Assembly (NCBI GenBank): GCA_017446455.1
Contig: JAFSQV010000014.1
Coordinates: forward strand, 4,688 to 68,687
Length of the DNA: 64,000 nt
DNA from: Paludibacteraceae bacterium
Lineage (GTDB): Bacteria > Bacteroidota > Bacteroidia > Bacteroidales > Paludibacteraceae
Direction of reading: 5' to 3'
The translations under genes and the position numbers were made by a program. The notes under the pieces are model-generated. The model worked only from the letters and a program-made list of their open reading frames with translations. It made no database searches and was not told the origin of the DNA. Shown in pieces: positions 52,953 through 63,239 of this stretch; position 1 is the first letter of the stretch; each line of letters starts with the position of its first letter.

Positions 52953-54030
52953 TGACAGTCATATCTGCTGTACCATCAGCGAGGTGCGAGGTGACTTGAT
53001 CGCCCGGCTGCAGATCTGCGATAGAACGAATGATTTTTCCGTCTTTGGTCAAGAGACTGTATCCGCGTTGATAGATGCATTCAGGGTTACATGCCGCTAA
53101 ACGTTGCTCTAAGAGTTCTACGCGATGTTGGCGAACAAGAATCTGCCGTTCCGCCGTGCGGTGCAGGCGTACCAGCAAATCCGCGAGTCGGTCTATCTGC
53201 GCGTCCATCCGATGAATAAGCCATTCGGCAACGGCCGTAGGGGTCTTGAGTGCTTCGTGCGCCACCAGATCCAAGACCGATATGTCGCGGGTGTGACCGA
53301 TGCCGGTCAGTACCGGCAGCTCGCACTGCGCACACACGGCGCAGAGGGTGTAGTCGTCAAAACAACTGAGGTCTGCTGTAGCTCCTCCGCCACGAATGAT
53401 GACTACGGCATCGAAAGCCTGACTGTCTATCTCATCCAGCGCCGCGATGATGGAAGGAGCAGCCCCTTCGCCTTGCATCGTAGCCCCGAAAAGGGATAGA
53501 AGGAAAGAATAAGGAGAAGCTTCTAACTGGTGCTTGAAGTCTTCGTAGCCGGCCGCTTTCGGCGAAGAGATAACGGCGATGCGGCGAATGAGAGTAGGCA
53601 AGGGGAGTAATTGCTGGGCGTCTAAGAGTCCGTCTTTCTGCAGTTGGGCAATCGTCTGTTGCCTTTGCCGTGCGAGGTCGCCGAGTGTGTAACTCGGGTC
53701 GATGCCGATGATAGAGAGACTCAATCCATAAACGGCGTGGTACTGTATCTCCACTTCTACGAGCACCGACATGCCCGGTTGCAGCGCTTGCCCTGTCTCC
53801 GACTCAAAATAGGCCGTGAGCATCTCTTTTGTTCCGGCCCAACAGGTTGCCCGCATCTTCGCGGACTTTCCTTCAATGAGGTCCAGATACATGTGGCCTC
53901 CGCGTTCGCTGAGGCTGCTGATCTCGGCTTTCACCCAATACGAAGCGGCCAGACTGTCGTCCAGCGCTTCACCGATGAGGGCGCATAGTTCGGAGAGAGT
54001 TAGTGTCGCCACGGGTCGCAAAGGATACAA
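52945..54030 (-). CDS. xseA: exodeoxyribonuclease VII large subunit
   Basis: LSELCALIGEALDDSLAASYWVKAEISSLSERGGHMYLDLIE (OB fold) and ...IAVISSPKAAGYEDF...VVIIRGGGATADLSCFDD. Confidence 0.8.
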   Translation of the reverse strand: MYPLRPVATLTLSELCALIGEALDDSLAASYWVKAEISSLSERGGHMYLDLIEGKSAKMRATCWAGTKEMLTAYFESETGQALQPGMSVLVEVEIQYHAVYGLSLSIIGIDPSYTLGDLARQRQQTIAQLQKDGLLDAQQLLPLPTLIRRIAVISSPKAAGYEDFKHQLEASPYSFLLSLFGATMQGEGAAPSIIAALDEIDSQAFDAVVIIRGGGATADLSCFDDYTLCAVCAQCELPVLTGIGHTRDISVLDLVAHEALKTPTAVAEWLIHRMDAQIDRLADLLVRLHRTAERQILVRQHRVELLEQRLAACNPECIYQRGYSLLTKDGKIIRSIADLQPGDQVTSHLADGTADMTVNG

Positions 54031-55178
54031 CGCTGTTGTGCCTTTAAACTAAAGAGGACCGTAAAGCGTACGCCGACCGTGAGATTACGCACCCAGAGTT
54101 GATTGCCGTTAGCGACATCCGTCGTGAAGACGTGATTCATCTTGAAGGTATGGAAATCATACAGTCCGCGTTGTTGTGCCTCTATCTTTGCCGGATCGGT
54201 CTCAGCTTCGTTGATGTTGAGATCGTATAGTTTATTGGTCCCGTTGGGGCTGATGTTGGGCAGACTGATGTCGATAAAGGCCGCGATACGCATGCGGCAG
54301 TCTAAGTTATCGGACTTGCTGGTGCGGTATTGCTGAATCACCTCATAGGTGTTGAACTCATATCCACCTTCGAGGTGACCGATAATATCGAGATTCTCGA
54401 CACCGGTTTTACCCAAGCGAATCGGCAGTTTACCTCCGTCGGCAGAGAGCGGTACATCTTTGCGGAAGCCATGATTATCCATTTCCTCAAAAACACCCAT
54501 ATAATCGTCGAAGACTGCACGCGAGGTACAGGTGGCATTGATGCGTGTCTTTCCGCCGAAGGCGTAGTTGACTTGCGCGCCGAGCATCACATAACCCACA
54601 CCGCCTTGACCGGAGATATAATAACCGAAGTTGATAGGCAGTTGAGCGTAATAGAGTTCCGCCATGTCGCTGCGTTCGCCGAAGACATGCTTCATGTTAA
54701 ACGGCATACCGTCGTAGGGGTCGGTCATCGGATAGCGTTTTCCGATATCCGGATTGGAGAATCCATTGAGGAATGTGGACGCACTCGCTGGAATACTTTC
54801 TGCCTTAAGCGGTGTGGTCACATGCTGAATACCCACGCCGACACCGGTCTGCAAGAAGAAGTTCTTGACGTGGTACTCGTATAGGAACTTGCCGTTAGCG
54901 GCCCATCCGCCCGGCGTACTTTGAACTCCTTGAATATTAGACAGGAACGTACTCCAACCTCCATCTACGGAGAAACCGAGGTAGTGGCCCGATCCGGTAT
55001 ATGTGGTGGAATGCAGGCCAAGCGAGTTCCGGGTCTTATTCGCATCCCTAGCGGAGAAGCCTTTCACTTTCGAGAGGTTTCTCTCCGCCTTGGAGGATGT
55101 GGAATAGCGGTTCTGCCCCCATGTCGCAATAGAGGCGAGGCAGAGGCTTAGAACGATGATTTGTCGCAGTTTGGACAT
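54000..55178 (-). CDS. outer-membrane beta-barrel protein (putative)
   Basis: Signal peptide MSKLRQIIVLSLCLASIATWGQ and alternating aromatic/Gly-rich strands (GYVMLGAQVNYAFGG). It lies immediately downstream of the giant T9SS cargo gene. Confidence 0.5.
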   Translation of the reverse strand: MSKLRQIIVLSLCLASIATWGQNRYSTSSKAERNLSKVKGFSARDANKTRNSLGLHSTTYTGSGHYLGFSVDGGWSTFLSNIQGVQSTPGGWAANGKFLYEYHVKNFFLQTGVGVGIQHVTTPLKAESIPASASTFLNGFSNPDIGKRYPMTDPYDGMPFNMKHVFGERSDMAELYYAQLPINFGYYISGQGGVGYVMLGAQVNYAFGGKTRINATCTSRAVFDDYMGVFEEMDNHGFRKDVPLSADGGKLPIRLGKTGVENLDIIGHLEGGYEFNTYEVIQQYRTSKSDNLDCRMRIAAFIDISLPNISPNGTNKLYDLNINEAETDPAKIEAQQRGLYDFHTFKMNHVFTTDVANGNQLWVRNLTVGVRFTVLFSLKAQQRCILCDPWRH

Positions 55179-58100
55179 GTGTCTTTTACGATTACTTTAA
55201 TGGCTCTATATGATTCTTTTGACTCCTTATCCGACGACCATACCTGAACGATATACATTCCTTCTACGGACGGTATGGACACCGGTGTGGACTGGCCGTG
55301 GTATGTGCCTTTGGAGATGAACTGACCATCCACGGTGTTGATGCGGTACTCGCCGCTGCTGTTCTCGTTGAGCGAGAGGATGTGTATGGATCCTCCGCGC
55401 GGAACGCAGGTGGGCGTTACAGCAATATAGTCACTCGAAGGACCGTGGTCTTTGCCCGGGTCTGTCGAGGAGTTCGGCATGGCTTTTACGACGATCGGAC
55501 AGGTGGGCTCGGAACTGATCACCGCGCCTGTGATGTCCGTCTCAGTGAGCACGACGTGGTATTCCGCGGTTTGCTCCGAGTCGTATATCAGACCTTCCGG
55601 CACATAGAGATACGGTTTGGTGTATCCGAACATCTTTTGTCCGTTGCGATACCACTGGAAGCCGTTCCATGCATAACCGCCGTTGTTGTTCTCATCCAGT
55701 AAGACGATCAGGTCACCATGGCGCTGAACCATCACCCATGCGGGGTAGTTCACTTTCACCTCGATATCATAGGTCATCTGACCTGCGCCGGAGCAAGTGC
55801 CGTTCTGGAAACTGATGGTTGCATGATAAACACCGGGCGTCGGATAGTCTTCACGTGCTTCGAGGTTCGGAATCGGCAGGTCGAGTGCGTATACCGAGTC
55901 TACTTTCCATTCACTTTCCGGACGAACGATAGCCTGGTCGATGATATCCACGAAGCCTATCTCATGCGCATCGTAAGCATACTGGATGCTGAAGCTTGTG
56001 GGGTGACCGCCTTTGTACGAATAGCGAATGGCATAGGTTGCTTCGGTATTTGCTTCGCCGAAGCATACGGGAGTAGGCTCGACGGTGATCTGCGAGGACT
56101 TCACAATGGAGAGGGTAAGTGTGGTTTTGGTCTTACATGGCTTGCCCTCCTCTTGGACGAACCTCACGTACGTGCCTGCCGTGCTTAAGATAGTATCGCC
56201 GAATTGGTAAGTCTCGCCTTCGCATATCGTAGCGCTCATGGTGATAGGCGGCAGCGATTCGAGGATCTCATAGTAGAGCGTGAGCACGGAGTCGCAGAAA
56301 CATGCTACCGTCTTCAAGCTATCGCGTACGATGTATGAATGGCCGATTTCCAAGTCCGTAGGAACGATATTGCCCGACACTTTGTTCGTCGCATTGCCTT
56401 TCGCGTCTGTATAACGATTGATCGGATTGCCTGCACTGTCAAACAAGTATAAGTTGCTCGGGATATGCTCTTCACCATTGCGCAACAGCCAGTGGAAATC
56501 ATCGTCGTTATAGCATACCATCGTGTCATAGGTATACGGCTCGATATAGATGGCTCGGAAGCGTCTCAAATCCGCTTCGTCACCCTCGCAAGGCCATACA
56601 CCATATGCAGGGGTGTAACTAACGATGACTTCGCGGGTGTCGATACATGTGACGGTTGGGTCTTGCGGCTGTATGATGTTACGTATAGTATCCGGAACCG
56701 TTGTTCCTGCCTTATAACATACGGAATCCCGTTTCCAATCCGGGGACCATTTAGGATCGTTGAAGCACCTGTTCTTAGGCTCACGTACCACTCCGTCGCC
56801 GAAGACTACCAAGTCTAATATACAAATAGAGTCAACGCAGATACCGCGGCTCAGATATTGCTTAGCGCATAAGGTATCGGTTGCTGTTGCATGCCGATTT
56901 TTCAAAACCTGTTCGCTAACGACAATATCTTTGTGACCTACCCAATGATAGGTGTCGCTTGCGCACACCTCAACGGTACCAAGACTTTCGCTTACGTTCG
57001 CATTTACCAAATAGGTTGGATAGACGGTTACATTTTGCACAAACACCTCGAAAGAACCGTCAGCATTCAGTACAGTGTCTATCAGCAGGTAGGTGCGCGT
57101 ACCGTCCGCGTTATAGTGATAGTCTTTGCTACCACGGTTAGGGGAGGGGTCGAAATAATCGACCTCGTCGATGACATTTCCGTTCTCGTCGTAGTAGTAG
57201 CGGAAGTAATCTCCTGTCGTATAGGTGAACGTATGGTAGCGTGTGCCATCCGCGCGCGCTACGGTCGTGTCGCCGCCAAAATGCCACGGTTCGGTTACTC
57301 CTTCATCCATCACATCGCCGTTATCACCCAGATTGACTGCGGGTAAGATATTTGTCTTGTTTACCGTGATATTCAGGAAGGTCGTACTATCGCAAGATAT
57401 ACTTCCCTGTGTTCCGTCGGAGAGTTGTGAACTATGGAAGATACCGCTTAAGGCACCTGCTGTTTCCTTCTCTATAAGATCCTCCGTGATGATGACCGCA
57501 GAGTCCACTTTCGCCACAGTCTTGAGTTCCTCCAAATCCTTTATGCTCGGATGGGTGAGGAAGAAGTCCTGACCTACAAAGAGCACCTGCGGATTCGTGA
57601 AGAAACGCAGCGTGTCATACGAATAGAGCGTGCGCTCATACGTGGAGCGATCTTTGTTGGCATCCTCCCGGTAAATAGGAAGCACGAACATACGTACGCC
57701 CTCGATACTATCGCATTCTACCGGCTCCTTATCGCCGGTTTCAGGGTCTGTCCAATACTTCGTTTTGGTCTTTAAGTCATTACCGGCTATCAATACGGTA
57801 TCTTTGTCTACGGAGAATACGATACCTTTGAATGTTCTTGTCTCTCCTGGAACTTGGCACAATGTAGTATCTTCCGTCGTGACATAAGCCGGATAAATCG
57901 TCAGGTGTCGATAGAAATGCGCATCCAGACCTGCTACCGGCCAAGGAGGAGAAACGGTCTTACGATGTTCCTCTAACCGGACGGTTTTCGGTAACTCACT
58001 CAGATCAGTATAGTAGTCTTGTAAATCCACAGAGATAATGGTATCTCCGGCTTGCCAAGTATAGGGTGTCTCGTTGCTACAAGCCCATGCGTACGTGTGT

Positions 58101-61100
58101 TCTTCTTGTACGTCCGCTACCGGAACCTGCAAAGTCACTGTCGAGTCGCAGACATCCGTCAACGAACCGTCATCGCGCGTATAGGGGCGAGTGGTGATGG
58201 TCGTTGTCAACGTATACATATTCTTGCCCGGAACTACGGTCCATCCTTCCGGTACCACTCCGTATTCTTGGAGCACGGCGATGGGCTTGCCCCCGGGGTT
58301 CGGGATGGTGTCGGTAAGCACTCTCTCTCCGGCCCAGATCACGCCGTGCCACTCAAACCATTGTTGGGTCGAGATAGGCGTGTAGGTCTCCTTGGTCTCG
58401 TATACGGGTTGAAGGATAACCGTCTGATAATAGATTCTATGGCAAGGAATGTCCACAATCGTATCCGCCAGTTCGTAAACGATACGCGCAGTCTTGGAGC
58501 GATTGATACGCAGCGGATTGGTCTCGTTGTGGTAACGCTTCCTGGTGTTAGGCTTGCCTTTTTCATAGGCCCAGAACGGAGAGTGCTCCGGCCATTTATG
58601 TTCTATTTGCGTGCCGTTATCGTAGCAATATACAACCGTGTCGTAATGAGTCTCTACCGGGTTGACTGTCACCTTGTATTGTATGATATATGGACAACCA
58701 TCCGAGTTGACACATTCTATCTCGGGGCTGTAATACACAACTCCCGTTAGAGAATCTCTCGGGTTGAAGACCCATTCGAAGGTTTCGTCCTTGATGTCAC
58801 GGTCAGAACGCTTGTTGACAATCAATAGAGGATCATCTTTACATAACTCTTTCTCCTTGATGCGCGTCTCATCGTGGTGGAGGAAGGTGAGGTGTAAGAT
58901 ATGGCGTTCACCGACACACCCGGAGAAACCGGTACCGGCAGGATAGGTGGCTCTCGGGTGATTATATACACATACATTCGTTCCCTCATGTATACCGTCT
59001 ACACCGACTTGATAGGGAATGTCTATGTGCTTGGTAAATCGTCCGTCGTACCAGTTGTAGTCAAGAGACCATGTGAATCGCGTATTACAGGTCGTTTCGT
59101 CATCGTGTATGTACTCTGTGATGGGCCAAACATAGAAACTCAGTTTCAGCGAATTGTCACATCCGAGGACTTTGCGCGATGAATGAAGCGTAGCGCCGTA
59201 CTTGTCAATCCACTCCTGCATCTTGTCACTACAATCCGTCTTGAGAATGATGTCGGTGCTTTCAAACTGCCAATACAACTTACTGTCGCCCAGGTACGTC
59301 CAGCCATTAGCTCCTATATTGCCATTGTTCTTGCAGGCGGTAAACGTGCCGGGGAAATCAAAGTTCTTAAAGAAATCGCCGAATTGCCTGTCTTTGAGTT
59401 GGTCGGGGACATCTGCCAGATCATCTTCACACAGATAACCGAGGTCCAGTACTTTTACGTCACTTTGGCAGAGCAGTACGCGTAGCGTGGCAATCGAATC
59501 ATTCTCACATCCGTTGACGGTGGTATAATATTGCGTGAAAGCGCTATTTCCGTCGACTCCGTTTTCTCCTACTACTAGCGGAGTGAGTACACTTTCTTTT
59601 GTCTCCGGGTTTACGAAGAACTTAATGTAATATTTACCGTCTTGCTCTACGATGTCAGGATCGTTGGTACAACGGATAAGCCAGGTGGTATCGTTGTAAC
59701 TGCGGAACGTACGCACGATGGTACTCAGTGTGTCTTTCTGCCAGTTGTCTTGCTCTGTCTCATCGCACAAAATAGGCTGGCGATATAGAATGGCACGCAC
59801 CTCAAAGTCCTCATACGGATGGCGCTGTCTGGCTGATCTGTCTTTCTCCGGCAACACGAAGAACCTCGTCTCGAGGAACGGATTGCTTAGACCGCCTTCT
59901 TGGTATTCGTACTTGTGCGTTGCGTCGTCCACATGCGTGTATTCCGTACGCGCTTGGTTACTTTGATTGATACGCATCACTTCCCACTTGATAGCGTCCC
60001 AATCGTTATGGATGATAGCCGGGAAACGCAATTTAGTGCTGTCGCATATGAAAATCGTGTCGTATTGAGTCGGTATATTGGGCAGCACTACTTTGTCCAG
60101 ATACCAACCGCCGCCGTTCGCTTTGTCCGGATACTTGGCGTTGAAATCTGCGCCATGTACTTCCTTTGGCTCGTATTTCTTGGAGAGGAACAATGAGTCC
60201 TCCACCGGTGTGCAGTCGTAGCCAATCGGGTAGAGACACGCTTGACTATTCTCCAAACCGTATACATATCCGCCGAAACCTTTCTCCGCAGCCGTGAGAA
60301 TCTGATAACCTTCTTCCTCACTCGGAATAGGAATGCGGGCATATTGGTAGTTGGAATAAACACTTCCGGGTAAGTTCTTGAACAAACTCGGAGGTACGGC
60401 CGTCCCGTTGCGTTTGAGCGTGGGAATGGTCGTTTTCTTTGCCCACACTACCAACTCATAACTCATTGGTTGTATCTCTTTCAGCGGATTTTGATACGTT
60501 GCGAATACCGCGGTGTCCGTCAAGTGTTCCAACGGCGTAATCATCGTCATGGACGGGTCACCTTGGTACTGCGGGATATTGTTCACCAGATATCCGTTGT
60601 AGACGGCACTGGAGGTGAAGAGGTTGACCTGAATCGGTTTGTCTGCCTTGATAACCACCGTACTGTCTTCCAACGTAGCACCGAAGCCGTGCACGTGGTA
60701 CGCATCAATGAGTCTCGACCACTTTTCTCCGGAGAGCATGTTGTCCTTCGTCTGTGGTCCTTGGGCGGTGGTTAACGTCACTTTGGTGCCGTTGTCCCGC
60801 GCGATGATATCCACTTTATTGATCTGCGTATGAAGACCTGTCAACGGCACAATGAATTCCGTGCCCCAGCGGTCAATCGGCAATAATTGCTCAAAAGCAT
60901 GGTCGAAGGTTGCATTCGGCAGGTCGGTGGTGAAAACGGCCGTTTGGTTTCCGCTCCATACCGCTACCGGCCGATCTGCACAGATCGTTGCTCCGGATAA
61001 GTCAATGGTATTCGCCGGGTTCTCCGGATCAGCCGTTGCGCGAACAATATAAATCTGGTAAGGCTGCGGGAAAGTCGCCGTCAGTGTGCCGGTACTTCCT

Positions 61101-61723
61101 TTGCTGGTTTTTACGTTATCCGGCAACTGGATTTTAATATTCGTACCGGCCGCTGTGGACATAACTACAAACTCCGTTGCGATATTGTCTTCTTTGTTAC
61201 AAGCTACGATATATTCGTGTCCCAGCGCTTGTTTCGGCAGCACATGCGAACCGTCCAAAGAAAGACTCTTGTCGGTAGTACCAATCTGGTTGACCGCATA
61301 CACGGTCATCTTCACGCCGTTCTTACTATAGATGTGCACACCTAACGTGAGCGGGGTCTCTACATTGTCTTTCTCGTGGGTGATATCCCAATAAGCGAGA
61401 TCCGCGTCCATGTCGATGACCTCCGTGGAGTTAACCGCCACGGGGTATTCCTGACGAAATGAACCGCATTGCACAACCACTGTATTCTCCGTGATCTCCG
61501 GATGACCGGGCACTTCTCGGGAACTAACCAAGAATTGCAACTTCAAGTCAGGAGCATTCCGCTGAGCGGTTCCGTTCGGCAAAAAAGTGGTGTAGAAATC
61601 ATAACCCTCGGTACTCGTCACCGGAGAAACGGATAAAGTCGCTTGAGCCCGCATAACAAGGGCCAAACAGAGGGCATATATCAGTACTAATAATTTACGC
61701 ATGTGTCTCATGTTCGTGCACAT
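55148..61723 (-). CDS. giant Cys-rich cell-surface protein with a T9SS type-A C-terminal sorting domain (2191 aa)
   Basis: Signal peptide MRKLLVLIYALCLALVMRAQA; alternative starts lie at 61711 and 61702. The C-terminus ...VTPTCVPRGGSIHILSLNE..YRINTVDGQFISKGTY....EGMYIVQVWS....YRAIKVIVKD fits the Por_Secre_tail pattern. Confidence 0.7.
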   Translation of the reverse strand: MCTNMRHMRKLLVLIYALCLALVMRAQATLSVSPVTSTEGYDFYTTFLPNGTAQRNAPDLKLQFLVSSREVPGHPEITENTVVVQCGSFRQEYPVAVNSTEVIDMDADLAYWDITHEKDNVETPLTLGVHIYSKNGVKMTVYAVNQIGTTDKSLSLDGSHVLPKQALGHEYIVACNKEDNIATEFVVMSTAAGTNIKIQLPDNVKTSKGSTGTLTATFPQPYQIYIVRATADPENPANTIDLSGATICADRPVAVWSGNQTAVFTTDLPNATFDHAFEQLLPIDRWGTEFIVPLTGLHTQINKVDIIARDNGTKVTLTTAQGPQTKDNMLSGEKWSRLIDAYHVHGFGATLEDSTVVIKADKPIQVNLFTSSAVYNGYLVNNIPQYQGDPSMTMITPLEHLTDTAVFATYQNPLKEIQPMSYELVVWAKKTTIPTLKRNGTAVPPSLFKNLPGSVYSNYQYARIPIPSEEEGYQILTAAEKGFGGYVYGLENSQACLYPIGYDCTPVEDSLFLSKKYEPKEVHGADFNAKYPDKANGGGWYLDKVVLPNIPTQYDTIFICDSTKLRFPAIIHNDWDAIKWEVMRINQSNQARTEYTHVDDATHKYEYQEGGLSNPFLETRFFVLPEKDRSARQRHPYEDFEVRAILYRQPILCDETEQDNWQKDTLSTIVRTFRSYNDTTWLIRCTNDPDIVEQDGKYYIKFFVNPETKESVLTPLVVGENGVDGNSAFTQYYTTVNGCENDSIATLRVLLCQSDVKVLDLGYLCEDDLADVPDQLKDRQFGDFFKNFDFPGTFTACKNNGNIGANGWTYLGDSKLYWQFESTDIILKTDCSDKMQEWIDKYGATLHSSRKVLGCDNSLKLSFYVWPITEYIHDDETTCNTRFTWSLDYNWYDGRFTKHIDIPYQVGVDGIHEGTNVCVYNHPRATYPAGTGFSGCVGERHILHLTFLHHDETRIKEKELCKDDPLLIVNKRSDRDIKDETFEWVFNPRDSLTGVVYYSPEIECVNSDGCPYIIQYKVTVNPVETHYDTVVYCYDNGTQIEHKWPEHSPFWAYEKGKPNTRKRYHNETNPLRINRSKTARIVYELADTIVDIPCHRIYYQTVILQPVYETKETYTPISTQQWFEWHGVIWAGERVLTDTIPNPGGKPIAVLQEYGVVPEGWTVVPGKNMYTLTTTITTRPYTRDDGSLTDVCDSTVTLQVPVADVQEEHTYAWACSNETPYTWQAGDTIISVDLQDYYTDLSELPKTVRLEEHRKTVSPPWPVAGLDAHFYRHLTIYPAYVTTEDTTLCQVPGETRTFKGIVFSVDKDTVLIAGNDLKTKTKYWTDPETGDKEPVECDSIEGVRMFVLPIYREDANKDRSTYERTLYSYDTLRFFTNPQVLFVGQDFFLTHPSIKDLEELKTVAKVDSAVIITEDLIEKETAGALSGIFHSSQLSDGTQGSISCDSTTFLNITVNKTNILPAVNLGDNGDVMDEGVTEPWHFGGDTTVARADGTRYHTFTYTTGDYFRYYYDENGNVIDEVDYFDPSPNRGSKDYHYNADGTRTYLLIDTVLNADGSFEVFVQNVTVYPTYLVNANVSESLGTVEVCASDTYHWVGHKDIVVSEQVLKNRHATATDTLCAKQYLSRGICVDSICILDLVVFGDGVVREPKNRCFNDPKWSPDWKRDSVCYKAGTTVPDTIRNIIQPQDPTVTCIDTREVIVSYTPAYGVWPCEGDEADLRRFRAIYIEPYTYDTMVCYNDDDFHWLLRNGEEHIPSNLYLFDSAGNPINRYTDAKGNATNKVSGNIVPTDLEIGHSYIVRDSLKTVACFCDSVLTLYYEILESLPPITMSATICEGETYQFGDTILSTAGTYVRFVQEEGKPCKTKTTLTLSIVKSSQITVEPTPVCFGEANTEATYAIRYSYKGGHPTSFSIQYAYDAHEIGFVDIIDQAIVRPESEWKVDSVYALDLPIPNLEAREDYPTPGVYHATISFQNGTCSGAGQMTYDIEVKVNYPAWVMVQRHGDLIVLLDENNNGGYAWNGFQWYRNGQKMFGYTKPYLYVPEGLIYDSEQTAEYHVVLTETDITGAVISSEPTCPIVVKAMPNSSTDPGKDHGPSSDYIAVTPTCVPRGGSIHILSLNENSSGEYRINTVDGQFISKGTYHGQSTPVSIPSVEGMYIVQVWSSDKESKESYRAIKVIVKDTCPNCDKSSF

Positions 61724-61739
61724 TATTCATTTTAGGGCG

Positions 61740-61747
61740 CAAAGATA
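61740..61747 (-). promoter_or_regulatory. promoter -7 box (TATCTTTG) of the giant gene
   Basis: Minus strand reads TTGTATCTTTGCGCCC, 17 nt upstream of ATG 61723. Confidence 0.5.
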
Positions 61748-61795
61748 CAAAAAATTTTGCATCTACACAAATAAAAATACAATTTTTATACCAAA

Positions 61796-63169
61796 TCAGC
61801 GATTTTTAATAAGAAAAGTACTAAAAAGAATAAAAATCAGGTAATACGCAACAACCATTCCTAACCCGATATGCACCGAGACTGTACTGCCCGGAAGATG
61901 CTCTATCCAACCCGTCGAATGATTCATTGCCCATGCCAAACCGTACGTCATTTTGCCCATCATCGTTCCCAACCAACTGCAGCCTAAGACAATCGTAGCC
62001 AGCCCGCAAGGAACTAACACTGTCGCGAGCGGCAAAACAATCAGATTAGTCAACAGAAAATAGCAACTTATTTGCCCGAAATAGAACATCGTGATAGGTA
62101 AAGTACCTATCTGCGCCGCAAGAGACACGATGATAATCCCAAGAAAATAGAGTCCGATTTGTTTGAAAATTCCTTCCTTTGAGGGCAGGGTAGGAGTCAG
62201 GTTTTTTGCCATCACTACGATCGCTGCCGTAGCCGCAAAACTCAGCTGAAAGCTGACGCTCCATAAATCCGTCGGGCGCGCTGCCAAAATCAATACCGCT
62301 GCTGCGGCGATGGTATTCAGACTAAAGGCCGGCCGGTACAGCATTCGTCCCACTTCAAAGATCGTCACCATCGTCACCGCCCGGACTACCGAAGGTGTCA
62401 TTCCCGTCAACCACGCGTAGCCCCACATCACCGCAATAACAACTCCACTAATTATGCACCGGCCTAAACGGTTCTCATACAGCGGTTTGAAGCGTCCGCC
62501 TAAGGTCAAGAGCCACAATACCAACCCGTACAAAATACCCGTGTGCAAACCACTCACGGCCAGCACATGTGCAGCGCCGGAGGCCTGAAAGTGCCGCCGT
62601 ATCTCCGGGTCAATATCATCTTTATAACCCAGCGTCAACGCACCCGTTGTGGCCAATTCATCTCCACTCAAACCGGCTGCAGCCAAGCGCCGGTACAAGC
62701 GCACTTGCAAAGGCTCTGTATGTTCCTTTGCCGGCAAAAGATTGTACCGCGCTGCGAACGCTCTGCCCGTCCTTCGCGACCATTCAATCTGCGTCTTCGC
62801 CACTACGGTATCACCCCAACTCGGCAAGGCCCGCGTACTATCTCGCAATAGATACAAATAAACCTCTAAGCCTCTAATCCCTAACTCACTAATCCCTAAC
62901 TCACTAATCCCTAACTCACTTATCCCTAACTCACTCATCCCTAACTCCTTCATCCCTATCACCTTCGTCTCAAACCGCTCGCACTTGGCTGTCGGTTTCG
63001 GCGCACTCTCAATCACAAATCCGTACGTCTTCACCTCTTCCCGCTGAGCTTCTGTACCCGTTTCTTCTGTCTGCGGCACAAACGGTCGAAAATGGTCGAA
63101 AAGAAGTATTGCTGCTACCAATGGCAACAGCAATACAATCATCGGGTATGCACGTATTTTGCTTAGCAT
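61796..63169 (-). CDS. comEC: ComEC/Rec2-family DNA internalisation channel protein
   Basis: Polytopic protein with ASGAAHVLAVSGLHTGILYG (competence domain signature). The N-terminal region contains a (SELGI)n repeat. Confidence 0.75.
   Translation of the reverse strand: MLSKIRAYPMIVLLLPLVAAILLFDHFRPFVPQTEETGTEAQREEVKTYGFVIESAPKPTAKCERFETKVIGMKELGMSELGISELGISELGISELGIRGLEVYLYLLRDSTRALPSWGDTVVAKTQIEWSRRTGRAFAARYNLLPAKEHTEPLQVRLYRRLAAAGLSGDELATTGALTLGYKDDIDPEIRRHFQASGAAHVLAVSGLHTGILYGLVLWLLTLGGRFKPLYENRLGRCIISGVVIAVMWGYAWLTGMTPSVVRAVTMVTIFEVGRMLYRPAFSLNTIAAAAVLILAARPTDLWSVSFQLSFAATAAIVVMAKNLTPTLPSKEGIFKQIGLYFLGIIIVSLAAQIGTLPITMFYFGQISCYFLLTNLIVLPLATVLVPCGLATIVLGCSWLGTMMGKMTYGLAWAMNHSTGWIEHLPGSTVSVHIGLGMVVAYYLIFILFSTFLIKNR
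62861..62965. repeat. in-frame 15-bp tandem repeat (about 6-7 units) inside comEC
   Basis: Three perfect units of AATCCCTAACTCACT (62876-62920) are flanked by degenerate units. The repeat encodes KELGM-SELGI-SELGI-SELGI-SELGI-RGLEV. Confidence 0.9.
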
Positions 63170-63239
63170 GTGCTTATCATGTGCTTATCATCTCGGGGTA
63201 ATATCGTATCCTACCCATCCTTATAATATACAAAGTATA

